A DNA stretch of 64,000 nt from Gammaproteobacteria bacterium. Lineage in GTDB: Bacteria; Pseudomonadota; Gammaproteobacteria; GCA-002705445; GCA-002716945. The stretch spans positions 587,328 through 651,327 of the forward strand of contig JAYQJW010000002.1 in assembly GCA_038142325.1 (NCBI GenBank), given 5' to 3'. Below are positions 46,829 to 57,658 of this stretch, one piece after another; position 1 is the stretch's first letter, and the number at the start of each line of letters is the position of its first letter. A program made the position numbers and the translations under genes. Under the pieces are notes generated by a model. The model made no database searches. It saw nothing but the letters and a program-made list of their open reading frames with translations, and was not told the origin of the DNA.

Positions 46829-48342
46829 TTTCTAAACATTCCAAGCATTCTTTTTGTTACTGCAAAACCACCAAATATATTTATGCTTGCAATAAATACT
46901 GCGACTCCAGAAAGTATTAAAGATAAAGTATCAGTTGTTGATATTTGAGTAATTGCTCCAATTATAATAATACTACTGACCGCATTAGTCACAGACATTA
47001 AAGGTGTATGCAGTGAAGCTGTCACATTCCATATCACCATATATCCAACAAAACATGAGAGCACGAAAACTGTGAAATGATTCATAAATGATGCAGGTGC
47101 AAAAGCGCCAACAACAAATAAAGATGATAATGCAATTAATGCAGGTAACACTGTCGTTTTCTTTTTTACCGGTTCTGCAGCAGGTTCAATTTTTTTCTCT
47201 TCTTTTTTTGTTGAAACAGACACTTCAATTTTTGGAGGAGGATATGTTATTGAACCTTCGTTAACGATTGTCATACCCCTAATAACATCGTCGTCCATAT
47301 TTATATTTATATTTCCATCCTTGTTTGGAGTGAGCTCATCAAGAATATGATATAAGTTATTAGAATATAGCTCGCTAGATTGCGATGGAAGACGAGAAGG
47401 AAGATCTGTGAATCCAATAATGTTCACTCCATTATAATTCACAATTTTATCTTTTTCACAAAGTTCGCAATTACCTCCTTGTTGAGAAGCTAAGTCAACT
47501 ATCACAGAACCAGGTTTCATAACTTCTACCATTTCTTTAGTAATTAATTTTGGTGCTTCTTTGCCAGGAATAAGAGCAGTTGTAATAATTACATCTACTT
47601 CTGCAGCTTGTTCTTTAAATAATGCCATCTCTGCAGCAATAAACTCATCGCTCATAATTTTCGCATAACCATCCGAACTTGAACCATCTTCATCCAGATT
47701 AACAGTAAGAAACTCTGCGCCTAGACTTTCAACTTGCTCTTTAACTTCAGGGCGAGTATCAAATGCCCTAACAATAGCACCTAAGCTTGTTGCTGTTCCA
47801 ATTGCAGATAAACCAGCAACTCCTGCTCCAATAATTAATATTTTTGCAGGGTTAATTTTACCAGCAGCAGTAATTTGACCTCCAAAAAATCTTCCAAAAC
47901 AATGTGCAGCCTCAATAACAGCTCTCGATCCAGCAACATTTGCCATTGATGATAATGCATCCATTTTTTGTGCTCTGGATATACGAGGAACGGAATCCAT
48001 AGAGAGAACATTAATCTCATCTTTTTTGCAAAGTTCTAAGGAAGACTGATTTACTGCTGGACTAAAAAAGATATAAAGTTTGTTTGGATGAAAGTTTATT
48101 TATTTCATCTTCAGTTGGTTTATTTATCTTCAAAATAATATCGCAGCTGTAGATATCATCAGTTGAAGATATAGTTAGCTCCAGCTTCTTGATACTGAGA
48201 ATTTTCAAAGTTTGATAATAAACCAGCATCTTCTCGATAAATATATCGTAACCAAGCTTTTTTTATTTTAGAGATGGATGATGGAGTTATAGCAACTCTT
48301 TTCTCATTTTGGTTTATTTTCTTTTAATACACCTATTTTCAT
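46825..48342 (-). CDS. pntA: NAD(P) transhydrogenase subunit alpha; several frameshifts in the 5' 340 nt
   Basis: MKIGVLKE start, [28 protein letters not shown] and [11 protein letters not shown]. Confidence 0.95.
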
Positions 48343-48419
48343 AATGTTTTATTATGTGTTTTATTTTCTATTTTTAGACGTGTTTAAGTTTAATCAAATA
48401 ATTTTAAAATATAACTATA

Positions 48420-48897
48420 TCAGTTCTTTCGCATCCAATCTTCAAGAATTTTATGAGGGTTTTGTTTGAAATATTCTTACTTTGCATTGAAGATCAGTAT
48501 TTTTTAGCAGTAATTCTACCACATATCCATTAGGATCTCTAAAATATATTGAAGATATAAAACCATGATCTGAAATTCCTCTTGTTTCAATATTGCTTTT
48601 TTTTTCCTTTTTCAAACATCTCCATCAAAATACTCATACTTACCTCCAGCGCAATATGTAAATCAAAATCATGTTGATCTATAAAATTGAAGGGTTGTTC
48701 TGGTGCTTCAAAAAAAAGCTAAATGAGAGCCGTCTTCCATTTTAAAATGTATGTAAGACTGATGTCTTTCTACCTGTTTTAGTTTTCTTAATTTCAAAAG
48801 CGTTGACAAGAGGAAGTCCTAAAAAATCTTCATAAAACTTACGTGTAGCTTCAGAATTTTGACAACGGTATGCAGCATGATGTAATTTTTTTATCAT
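48420..48897 (-). CDS. VOC/glyoxalase family protein; multiple frameshifts (not in ORF track)
   Basis: MIKKLHHAAYRC....TRKFYEDFLGLPL, LAFFE, DLHIALEV and DHGFISSIYFRDPNGYVVE. Confidence 0.8.
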
Positions 48898-49105
48898 AGC
48901 TAATATTTTATCACGATAGTAGTTAGGTATTAAATATATAGATAGGAAATATCTAAAAATATATAAATTAAATTTTTTTTAAAAAATCTCTTAAGCTAGC
49001 TGTAATAATAAAAAATAAAATCTAGCCTTTTTAATAATACTTTTATTTGATTGAGCTTTGAGAAAATTATATTTTTCGATACCACATTTTGTTTTTATAT
49101 AATTT

Positions 49106-50120
49106 TTAATTTTCATAATTATCAAAAATCATATCTTTTAATTCAATAAACGTTTCTAGATTACGGTTCCGGTTAGTGATATATTCAACATGTTCGAAAT
49201 AGTTTTTATTCTCATCTAATTTTATACCCCATAAACCTTCTACTTTATTTGGTAGTGGTGAAAATTAACATCATAAATAATATTTCTATTTATTTTATCT
49301 ATGCCTAAATAGTTATTTGAAAACCATCTAAATCTCTCTAAATCTTTTCCTTGTTGTGAATTCATATTGAGCCATTTAAAATCCTTTTTAAGATCTAGTT
49401 TGTTAATAGTCTCACCTGGAATTATTTTAGCATCTAACCCTAGTCTGTCCGCATTTATATGATATTTATCTTTCGTTGTATGAATAACTTTCCAAACAAT
49501 TATATTTCCAAAGCTTGGTTTTGCTAAGACATTTTGGATATCCATGTATTCGCTCTTCGCATAATCAGAGATTATTGTCTCTGCACGATGTTTCTGATGA
49601 AATGCAATAGCTTGATATGACACAATCCAAAGTAATGCTGTATATGTAAAAATAATTTTTCTTAGTTATAAGTGCAACAAAAATAAAAATTGCTATGGGT
49701 ATCGTAAATATTGGATCAATGACAGAAACAGTATTCCAGGCAATTCTCTCATTAGAGAAGGGCCAATACAATAGTGTCCCGTATGAAGTAAAAGCATCAA
49801 TAATGCCATGTGTTGCATATCCTATAAATGAATAAATATAGGTATATTTAAAACTTAGATCATAATACTTGGTGAATATGTGATAGAAAACAAATGCACA
49901 AACTAAGCTTCCAAATGGAATAAAAAATAAAGAATGAGTGAAGTGACGATGATACTCTAAGAACAATAAAGGGTCGTTGTTAGATTTAATAAATATATCT
50001 ATATCAGGAGCAAGACCAGCTAATAATCCAATTATACTTGCTATTATAAAATGTGTTTTTTTTTTGCGAAACTGATTGCGAAGCCGTGACGCCAACAACA
50101 CCTTGTGTAAACGGATCCAT
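49106..50120 (-). CDS. Inner-membrane metal-dependent hydrolase (DUF457/YdjM-like); frameshifted
   Basis: MDPFTQG start, APDID, HRHFTHS, HGIIDAFTSYGT and IDPIFT. Confidence 0.85.
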
Positions 50121-50195
50121 AATTATTTATTACAAGATTTACCAAGAAAAATATCTAATATAATTAATATTTTAAGATCCTTTTTTTAATTTTCA

Positions 50196-50330
50196 TTATT
50201 GAAGGCTAAAATATAAAATAAAAGTAACTGTAAGCGGAATAATTAGCATGAAAATAATTATTGCAGTTATCCATGTCATTGGTTTATCTCTTTCAATAAA
50301 CCCTAAAAAACTTTTACGTTTTTTATTCAT
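50196..50330 (-). CDS. Putative 44-aa single-TM protein
   Basis: MNKKRKSFLGFIERDKPMTWITAIIIFMLIIPLTVTFILYFSLQ*; starts 11 nt after the ferritin gene. Confidence 0.5.
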   Translation of the reverse strand: MNKKRKSFLGFIERDKPMTWITAIIIFMLIIPLTVTFILYFSLQ

Positions 50331-50341
50331 ATGAATGTATG

Positions 50342-50782
50342 TTATTGCTCAGCATAGTCTTTCAACATTTTAGACACTTCAATAGCATGCATTTCTTCAG
50401 CTTTAATCATTCCTCTAGCATATTCTTCAATGTATATACTTTCATCTTTTACAATATCAAGTAGAAGCTTATATAAATCTACAGCAATTTTTTCATGTTC
50501 AGAACTTTCATTAAGAAGATCTACTGTTGAATGCTTATTTGACTCTTCTATAATTTGAATTTTTAGAGATGGATGTCCTCCTAATCCTGTTACAATTTCA
50601 CCAGCTTCTTGTGCATGAAGTAATGACTCGCTTGCTTGATCTTTAAAAAATTGAGCTAAACTTAATCTATCTCGTCCAGTTATCATTAAGGCATAATGAG
50701 TATATCTCACAACACCTGATAACTCATATTCCATTATTTTGTTAAGTATTTCTATGACTTCTACTGTTTTATTTTTATCCAT
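50342..50782 (-). CDS. Ferritin-like / bacterioferritin-like protein
   Basis: E.ELSGVVRY, ESLLHA, GGHP and EEMH; AGGAGG RBS; lacks the heme-ligand Met of canonical Bfr. Confidence 0.82.
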   Translation of the reverse strand: MDKNKTVEVIEILNKIMEYELSGVVRYTHYALMITGRDRLSLAQFFKDQASESLLHAQEAGEIVTGLGGHPSLKIQIIEESNKHSTVDLLNESSEHEKIAVDLYKLLLDIVKDESIYIEEYARGMIKAEEMHAIEVSKMLKDYAEQ

Positions 50783-50844
50783 AATTTTCCTCCTTGATAT
50801 TTTATAATATATCAAAACAAATAAAATGTTGTAAATATTTTGAA

Positions 50845-51376
50845 TTAAATAGATATGTAATCAATATTTTTTAATTTTTTTTTAATTTTCTCTGAATTTA
50901 CAACATATGCTTTTCTAGCCTCGAACCATATTGGAATATCTTTAGTACTATCACCAATATAATCAAATGCAGTATTATCAAATTTATTTCTTATATATTT
51001 CACTTTGTTCATGCTAATCATATTATTTGTAAAGTTGTACCTACTCTAAAATCAAAGATTTTAAGATAATCAGCAATATAATCTACATATTCATAATATG
51101 ATCCTGAAATTAGTATAGTGCTTATGTAATGTTTCTTATTTATTTTAATAAAATCAATTACTGATTATTAAATGGAATATTAGTTATTGAAAATTGAGTG
51201 TTATCATGAAGAAATTTTTTTGCATATGTTTTTCCTTTGAAAGTTAATAATAATAAAAGCTTTGGAAATAAGTAAAATTTTTAAAAAAAAGAGATTTCAA
51301 TCCAATAAAAATCATATCAGTTTTGATAAGAGTATTATCAAGATCAACAGCTAATATAGATTTTATCTTTGCTCAT
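50845..51376 (-). CDS. HAD-like hydrolase (resembles the N-terminal domain of HAD-UbiA prenyltransferases); heavily frameshifted, possibly a pseudogene
   Basis: LAVDLDNTLIKTDM, ILISGS and FDYIGDSTKDIPIWFEARKAYVVN in different frames. Confidence 0.7.
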
Positions 51377-51410
51377 TAGCGTTTAATGATTATTTTATTC
51401 TTCATCTTTT

Positions 51411-51629
51411 TTAAAGGCTTTGTATTTTACCATCAGATAGGTTTTGAAGAAAATCGATTGCGTCTTTACCAGACAAATATTTTAATTCATCATAATCGCT
51501 TTTAGTACTAACGATTTGAATTTTAAATCCTTCGATTGTATTTTTAATATAGTTTTGATCGATTATTGAGAAAGATGATATATTTTTATCTAGTTCAGAC
51601 TTTAATATATATCCATCTTTCTTTGCCAT
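51411..51629 (-). CDS. Hypothetical protein
   Basis: 72-aa ORF co-oriented between csp and the HAD gene; may extend to about 51376. Confidence 0.5.
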   Translation of the reverse strand: MAKKDGYILKSELDKNISSFSIIDQNYIKNTIEGFKIQIVSTKSDYDELKYLSGKDAIDFLQNLSDGKIQSL

Positions 51630-51677
51630 TTCTGATCAAATTTTTTATTTGATCAGATATGCTCATACATAGTGACT

Positions 51678-51872
51678 TTATATAGTTTTGACTTGGGTAG
51701 CTCTAATCCCTTTTGGACCATCTTCTGTTTCAAATTCAACTTTATCATTTTCATTAATTGTTCCATCAATTAAATCTGATTGATGTACAAAAATATCTTT
51801 ATCACCCTCATCTGGTTTAATAAATCCATAAGCTTTAGTTGTATCAAACCATTTTACAGTTCCTGTTTTCAT
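51678..51872 (-). CDS. Cold-shock domain protein
   Basis: GTVKWF, YGFI and DIFVH; AGGAG RBS. Confidence 0.97.
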   Translation of the reverse strand: MKTGTVKWFDTTKAYGFIKPDEGDKDIFVHQSDLIDGTINENDKVEFETEDGPKGIRATQVKTI

Positions 51873-52002
51873 AATAGTCTCCTTAGTTATTTAATAATTA
51901 AGAAGGTCTAAAAATCAATGAATTTACGAACAGCAGCTTAATTACACTGATATTATATATATATGATGAAAAAAGAAAAGGTTTAAAAAATTATAGTTAT
52001 TA

Positions 52003-52861
52003 TTACTTTAGTAATTGTGGCATGATATTTTTTAGTTTATCTATTGTCTTCTTATTTATTTTATTTTTTGGAGTAACTAATGATAAATATGCATCTAAAT
52101 TATTTTCTATTTTAGTTTTAGAATATTTTGATAAAAAATCAATAATTAATTTATTTGCTTTTTTTGTGTTGCTTTTGAGAGTTTCTATTACATTTAGAAC
52201 TTCAACGTTTTCATAATTTGGATGCCAACAATCATAATCAGTAATCATGCCTATAGAAGCGTATCTTATTGAAGCTTCTTTGCATAACTTTGCTTCAGGC
52301 ATATTAGTCATACCAATAACATCACATCCCCAATTTTTATATAGCTTTGATTCGGATAAAGTTGAAAATTGTGGTCCTTCAATACATACATATGAAGCAC
52401 CAAAAGTGTAATCTATTGACAGTGAATCAAGGGACAGTTTAGCAATTTGCATTAATGTATCATCTGTTGGTTTAGCCATTGATACATGCACAACAATATC
52501 ATCTTCAAAAAATGTTGATTCTCTTTTTTTTGTAAGATCAATATACTGATCAATAATTACAAAATTACCAGGAACAAGCTCATTTCTTAATGATCCTACA
52601 GATGAGAGTGACAATATATCTGAGACTCCTAACTGTTTAAGTGCGTCAATATTAGCACGATAATTTATGGCTGAAGGAGACAGCTTGTGATTATTTCCAT
52701 GTCTCTTTAGAAAAAAAAATTTTTAAGTCATTAAATTTGCATTCTAAAATAGAACCAGACGGCTTACCCCAAGGGGTGTCAATTTTATGATTCTTAATGA
52801 AAACTAATTCATCAATTTTATCTATACCGCTCCCCCCTATTACTCCTAATATTTGGGTCAT
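52003..52861 (-). CDS. mtnP: S-methyl-5'-thioadenosine phosphorylase; frameshift near 52720
   Basis: LGVIGGSG, TPWGKPS, RHG..H, NYRANIDALK, EGPQFST, IGMTNMPEAKL and TDYDCWH. Confidence 0.92.
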
Positions 52862-53695
52862 AGTTTTGATTTAATATAATCTAAGAGATTATTTTCAGCT
52901 TTCCATCCAAGTGCTGTTGTTTTTTCTGTTAAGATAGTTGAGTCCATTCTATTGGCCACAGTACCTTCAACATACTCATAATCATCTGAAATCAATTTAG
53001 CAATATTTTCTATGGAGTACTTATCAGGATGTGCTATGCCATATTCATCACCATTACCTTTTTCGGCAATAAGCATTAATGCATTTATAGTATCATTTAT
53101 GTGTGTAAAATTACGAGTTTGCGTCCCTGGTTTGGTAATTTTGAGCTTGATTCTCATTTTTTTCAAATATAAAAATTTTGGCAATAACTGTTGCAAACTC
53201 TCCCTCTTGATTTTCTCTACCTCCATACACATTATAAAAATAAGTAATCGCATATGGTAAATCATTCATTTCACAATAAAATTTTACTAATTCTGAGTTC
53301 TGCCACTTAGAAAATGCATAAGGGCTTAGAAATTTATTTTGACCATCATCTGCAAATTTTGTACTGCTACCAGCATATACTAACTTAGCATTAGATTGTT
53401 TGGCAAACTGGAGTATATTAAGAATTGGTCTAGAATTATTTTCAAGAACGAAATCTATTTTATTCAAGGATTGCTCAACTCTTGAATATTCTCCTAGATG
53501 GAATATTAAGTCATATTTGGGTTCGATTGATAAGATGTCTTTTGCATCTATATTAAGGTATTGAATTCCTTTAATATGATTATCTTTTTTTCCTGAGATA
53601 TAGTTGTCTAACGAAGTAACGTTGTGATTATTCGAATAAGATTCACATAGATGTGAACCTATAAAGCCAGCTCCTCCAATAATTAAAATATTCAT
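52858..53695 (-). CDS. NAD-dependent epimerase/dehydratase; frameshift near 53160
   Basis: GGAGFIGS, HLGEYSRVE, SPYAFSK, NVYG and PGTQTRNFTHI. Confidence 0.9.
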
Positions 53696-53715
53696 ATAAA
53701 TACAATATTAAATAT

Positions 53716-54363
53716 CTAATATTGTACAACATCCTCATCTATATCTCTCCATAAAAACCAGGTTGCAACAGTACAGTATGGTTCCCATGATTTTTTATGA
53801 ATACAAATTTCTTTAATAAAATCTTTTTTATCAACCCTATAATTTTTACAAAAACTATTAACTAATCCGATATCTCCTAAAGGTAAAATATTTTTTCTAT
53901 TAAAATGAAATATTAAAAACATTTCTGCTGACCACGGTCCTATGCCATATATAGACGTTAAACTTTCAATTGCTTCGGCATCATTTAAATGACTAATCTT
54001 TTTGAAATAATTCGGATCCTTGTCAACTAACTCAGCAATACCTTTAATGTATTTAATTTTTCTAAAAGATAATCCGCATGTACGAAGTATATCATTATCA
54101 ACTGACAAAATTTTTTTACGAGTAACTTTTCCTACAGCTTTTCTTATTTTGCCTTCTATCGCATTTGCTGCTTCAATGGATATCTGTTGTCCTATGATTA
54201 TTTTGAAAAAAGTTACAAACGGATTATTTGTACTTTTTAGTACCTCGCATGTCTTATGCTGTGTAATGAGATTAGATAGAATAGGATCATGCTTACTTAG
54301 ATGATTTATTGCTTCTGACCAATAATATGGTTTTTTAGTCTTATCAATTTTCATAATAGGCAT
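53716..54363 (-). CDS. alkA: DNA-3-methyladenine glycosylase II (HhH-GPD)
   Basis: IIGQQIS, GIGPWSAEMFLIF, PLGDIG and WEPY. Confidence 0.88.
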   Translation of the reverse strand: MPIMKIDKTKKPYYWSEAINHLSKHDPILSNLITQHKTCEVLKSTNNPFVTFFKIIIGQQISIEAANAIEGKIRKAVGKVTRKKILSVDNDILRTCGLSFRKIKYIKGIAELVDKDPNYFKKISHLNDAEAIESLTSIYGIGPWSAEMFLIFHFNRKNILPLGDIGLVNSFCKNYRVDKKDFIKEICIHKKSWEPYCTVATWFLWRDIDEDVVQY

Positions 54364-54394
54364 GAGCTAACTCACGCCTATTATAGTTTTTTAT

Positions 54395-54611
54395 TTATTG
54401 GTTTTTGTATGTACTTATCCCAAAAGGAATATATAAAGGGCACCATCCTGTTGTACCTGTTAGTATAGGAATAATACCAATCAGAGACCACATGCCTAAG
54501 TCCAAGGCCTGGACCCATATAAAGAATAGCTATACCAGCTATTACTCTAAGCATTCTCTCCATACCGCCAATGTTAGTACACATTGTTTTTGGTGTTGTT
54601 GCCATGTTCAT
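54395..54611 (-). CDS. DUF2892 (YgaP-like) membrane protein; frameshift near 54495
   Basis: NIGGMERMLRVIAG, then IGIIPILTGTTGWCPLYIPFGIST in another frame. Confidence 0.85.
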
Positions 54612-54669
54612 TCACTCCATAATAGATTAGTTGTAGACATGTTATTAAATTTATAATCTACAAGCAATA

Positions 54670-55045
54670 TTATTTTTTCTTACTTTTATAGTCTTCTATT
54701 GCAGCGCTTATTGCATCTTCAGCCAACACAGAGCAATGAATTTTAACCGGAGGAAGCAAGTTCCTCAGCAATATCTGTGTTTTTGATCATAGATGCTTCA
54801 GTCAGCGTCTTGCCTTTCACCCATTCGGTTAAAAGTGAACTGGATGCAATAGCAGAGCCACATCCATAAGTTTTGAACTTGGCATCCTCTATGACTCCTT
54901 CATCACTGACTTTGATTTGTAGCTTCATGACATCGCCACACGCAGGCGCACCAACCATGCCTGTACCGACTCGGTCATCGTCTTCAAATGTCCCTACATT
55001 TCTAGGGTTTTCGTAATGATCTAATACTTTATCACTGTAAGCCAT
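54670..55045 (-). CDS. iscU: Fe-S cluster scaffold IscU; frameshift near 54750
   Basis: YSDKVLDHYENPRNVG, APACGDVM and GCGSAIASSS; PPVKIHCSVLAEDAI in another frame. Confidence 0.96.
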
Positions 55046-55080
55046 GTTTTCTCCCTTAAAAACAACCAGTTAAGCCTGAT

Positions 55081-55516
55081 TTAGTTCTGCTGTTTATAAT
55101 AATCGTTTAGTTCGTCTAAATCAATCTCATCAGTTTTTGGTTTAGCTTCATCAATTAAGCTTCCAAGTGTCACTGTATCTAGATAACCAGTAAGCTTGTC
55201 ACTAAATTTACTCCAGACTGCATCATCTGTCTTTTGATGCTTCATCATCAATAGCATTTTCTGGGTTAATAGCCTTAATTATGCTAGCAATGGTGATATT
55301 GTCTGGACTATCTTTAAGTGTATAGCCTCCACCAGGTCCTCTCACTCCACTCACTAAATTATGCTTTCTTAAAAGTGAAAAGAGTTGTTCTAAATATGAA
55401 AGAGAAATTCCTTGATACTTGGATATTTCTAGCAGTGTTTTAGGTGAGCTAGATTCATTTGTAGCAATATTTACCAATGCCTTGATCGCATATCTTCCTT
55501 TTGCTGATAGTTTCAT
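55081..55516 (-). CDS. iscR: Rrf2 family regulator, IscR-like; frameshift near 55235
   Basis: MKLSAKGRYA, QGISLSYLEQLF and SGVRGPGGGY; no Cys in the reconstructed protein. Confidence 0.82.
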
Positions 55517-55542
55517 TTTACATCCTCCTAAAATGATAAGTA

Positions 55543-55587
55543 ATACTTGACTATTATTGTAAGGTTTAAACTATATAATTCAAGTAT
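55543..55587. promoter_or_regulatory. Paired IscR-like operator sites upstream of iscR
   Basis: ATACTTGACTATTATTGTAAGGTTT and, on the other strand, ATACTTGAATTATATAGTTT; both resemble the IscR type-1 half-site ATASYYGACT. Confidence 0.55.
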
Positions 55588-55643
55588 AAAACTAGAATCG
55601 TTCTAAAATAATATCAATATAAAAATTATACTTATTTCATAAA

Positions 55644-56055
55644 TTATTGATTTATATAAGATTTCAACCAATAAAAAAATCTGAGGTTAATTTTAAATTT
55701 ATTCTTAAACGTAGTTTCAAATAGTCTATTTTCACTCAGAGATTTTACTTCAAGTAGCTTGGCGTCTTTATACATATAAAAAATAGTATGCGGCTTTATT
55801 GAGAACATATTTATTGATTCAGTCTGATTTCCAAATTCAAATTTGTGAAAAAGCTTGAATATTCTCGTGTGTTTATCATGATAAATATCATTAATAATCA
55901 ATTTTCTTTTATCTAATATACAAATGCTCTCTTGATTTGTCCTCGAAAAACAAGCAATTGAAGTTATAAAAATTTGACTCATAGATAGACATTAGATGAT
56001 TGAAGTTTATCAATCTAAACTTTTTAATCTTATCTTGTATATAATTACGATCCAT
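55644..56055 (-). CDS. Hypothetical protein (probably one gene with a frameshift)
   Basis: An ATG at 56055 ([12 protein letters not shown]...) frame overlaps ORF 55644-55982; no motif recognised. Confidence 0.4.
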
Positions 56056-56103
56056 GTTGTTAGGTATTCATTTCTTGTTATAATACACCCCAATATATTA
56101 TAT

Positions 56104-56322
56104 ATGTCGAAGAAAGAACAGATTGAAATGTCAGGGAAGGTTATTGAGACGTTGCCCAATACTATGTTTAGAGTTGAACTTGAGAATGGTCATGTAGTAA
56201 CTGCACATATTTCAGGAAAAATACGAAAACATTACATCAGGATATTGAGAGGCGACACTGTTATGGTTGCATTAACGCCTTATGATCTCACAAAAGGCAG
56301 AATTATATTCAGAGATAAATAA
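56104..56322 (+). CDS. infA: Translation initiation factor IF-1
   Basis: [11 protein letters not shown]...[13 protein letters not shown]...[10 protein letters not shown]. Confidence 0.98.
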   Translation: MSKKEQIEMSGKVIETLPNTMFRVELENGHVVTAHISGKIRKHYIRILRGDTVMVALTPYDLTKGRIIFRDK

Positions 56323-56326
56323 ATAG

Positions 56327-57643
56327 TTACATATTATTTATTACTGCATCCCCAAATCCGCTAGTTGAAACAAGCGTTGCTCCTGGAACTAACTTTGTAA
56401 TTTCTTCTTTTATGTCAATAGATGTGTTCTTGTCTTTGTTTTTAACTCTTATCAAACGTTTCCCTGCTCTTGCACGAGCTAAATCATAGGTTAATTGCTT
56501 GTTTCTGATTGCACCTTTGACTCCTTTTAAAACAAGATCAGCAGCCTCTGTCCATCCTAGATATCTAAGCATCATCTCACCGGACAGAATGATAGATCCA
56601 GGATTAACCCTATTTTTACCGGCAAATGGCTCAGCGGAGCCATGAGTAGCTTCAAAAACTGCACATCCATAGCCTATATTTCCTCCAGGTGCCATCCCGA
56701 TTCCTCCAACTTGAGCTGCAAGAGCATCAGATACGTAATCACCATTCAAATTTAATGTTGCAATAACATCATGTTGCTCAGGGGCTAAAATAATTTGCTG
56801 GAGGAAGTTATCTGCAATACAATCTTTAATAATTAATTGATTATTAAATTTATTATTTTCAATAAGATATGTACCATCTGTAAGTATTTTTCCATTATAC
56901 TCTTGCAGTACTACTTCATAAGCCCAATCCCTAAATGCACCTTCAGTGTATTTCATAATATTTCCTTTATGAACAATTGTGATGCTTGATTTGTTAAGCG
57001 CTAAAGAATAATCAATTGCCATTCTAACCAGTCTTTTTGTGCCTTCTTCTGATACTGGTTTGATGCCAATTCCGCAATTAGCCTCAAACCTAAAAGGTGA
57101 TATTCCTAATTCTTTGTTAATAAAATCTATTATTTTTTTTGCACCATCGGAATTAGGCATCCACTCTATTCCTGAATATAGATCTTCCGTGTTCTCTCTG
57201 AATACGACCATGTCAGTTAAACCTGACTCAGCCATTGGCGTACTTGTTCCTGGGAAATATTTAATGGGTCTGACACATGCAAATAAATCAAGAGTTTGGC
57301 GTATCACCACGTTGATAGATTTATGGCCTGTTCCAACTGGTGTTGTGAGAGGTCCTTTTATAGAGATTCGATACTCTTTCATAGCTGATAATGTTTCATC
57401 AGGCAATATTGAACCATATAAATCATTAGAATTAGAACCAGCAAATAATTCTAACCACTTGATTTCTCTCTTATTTTCATACGCTCTATTTACAGCATAA
57501 TCTAGAACTCTTTTCATCACAGGCGTTACATCAATACCTATGCCATCACCGATGATGTATGGGATTATTGGATTATCAGGCACGATGAGCTTTTCCCCAT
57601 CGTAACTAATTTTAGCTCCATCAGCAGGAATATTTAATTTCAA
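56327..57643 (-). CDS. icd: Isocitrate dehydrogenase (homodimeric, E. coli Icd type)
   Basis: GDGIG, KGPLTTPVG, FRENTEDLY, VHKGNIMKYTEG, NLNGDYVSD and EATHG. Confidence 0.93.
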   Translation of the reverse strand: MKLNIPADGAKISYDGEKLIVPDNPIIPYIIGDGIGIDVTPVMKRVLDYAVNRAYENKREIKWLELFAGSNSNDLYGSILPDETLSAMKEYRISIKGPLTTPVGTGHKSINVVIRQTLDLFACVRPIKYFPGTSTPMAESGLTDMVVFRENTEDLYSGIEWMPNSDGAKKIIDFINKELGISPFRFEANCGIGIKPVSEEGTKRLVRMAIDYSLALNKSSITIVHKGNIMKYTEGAFRDWAYEVVLQEYNGKILTDGTYLIENNKFNNQLIIKDCIADNFLQQIILAPEQHDVIATLNLNGDYVSDALAAQVGGIGMAPGGNIGYGCAVFEATHGSAEPFAGKNRVNPGSIILSGEMMLRYLGWTEAADLVLKGVKGAIRNKQLTYDLARARAGKRLIRVKNKDKNTSIDIKEEITKLVPGATLVSTSGFGDAVINNM

Positions 57644-57658
57644 ACGATAAGTCCTAAG

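Noticed and set aside
55996-56103. N-terminally extended IF-1 (likewise the extended AcpP, ThiL and ferritin starts)
   Set aside because: ORF-caller upstream starts; canonical downstream starts fit the known protein N-termini
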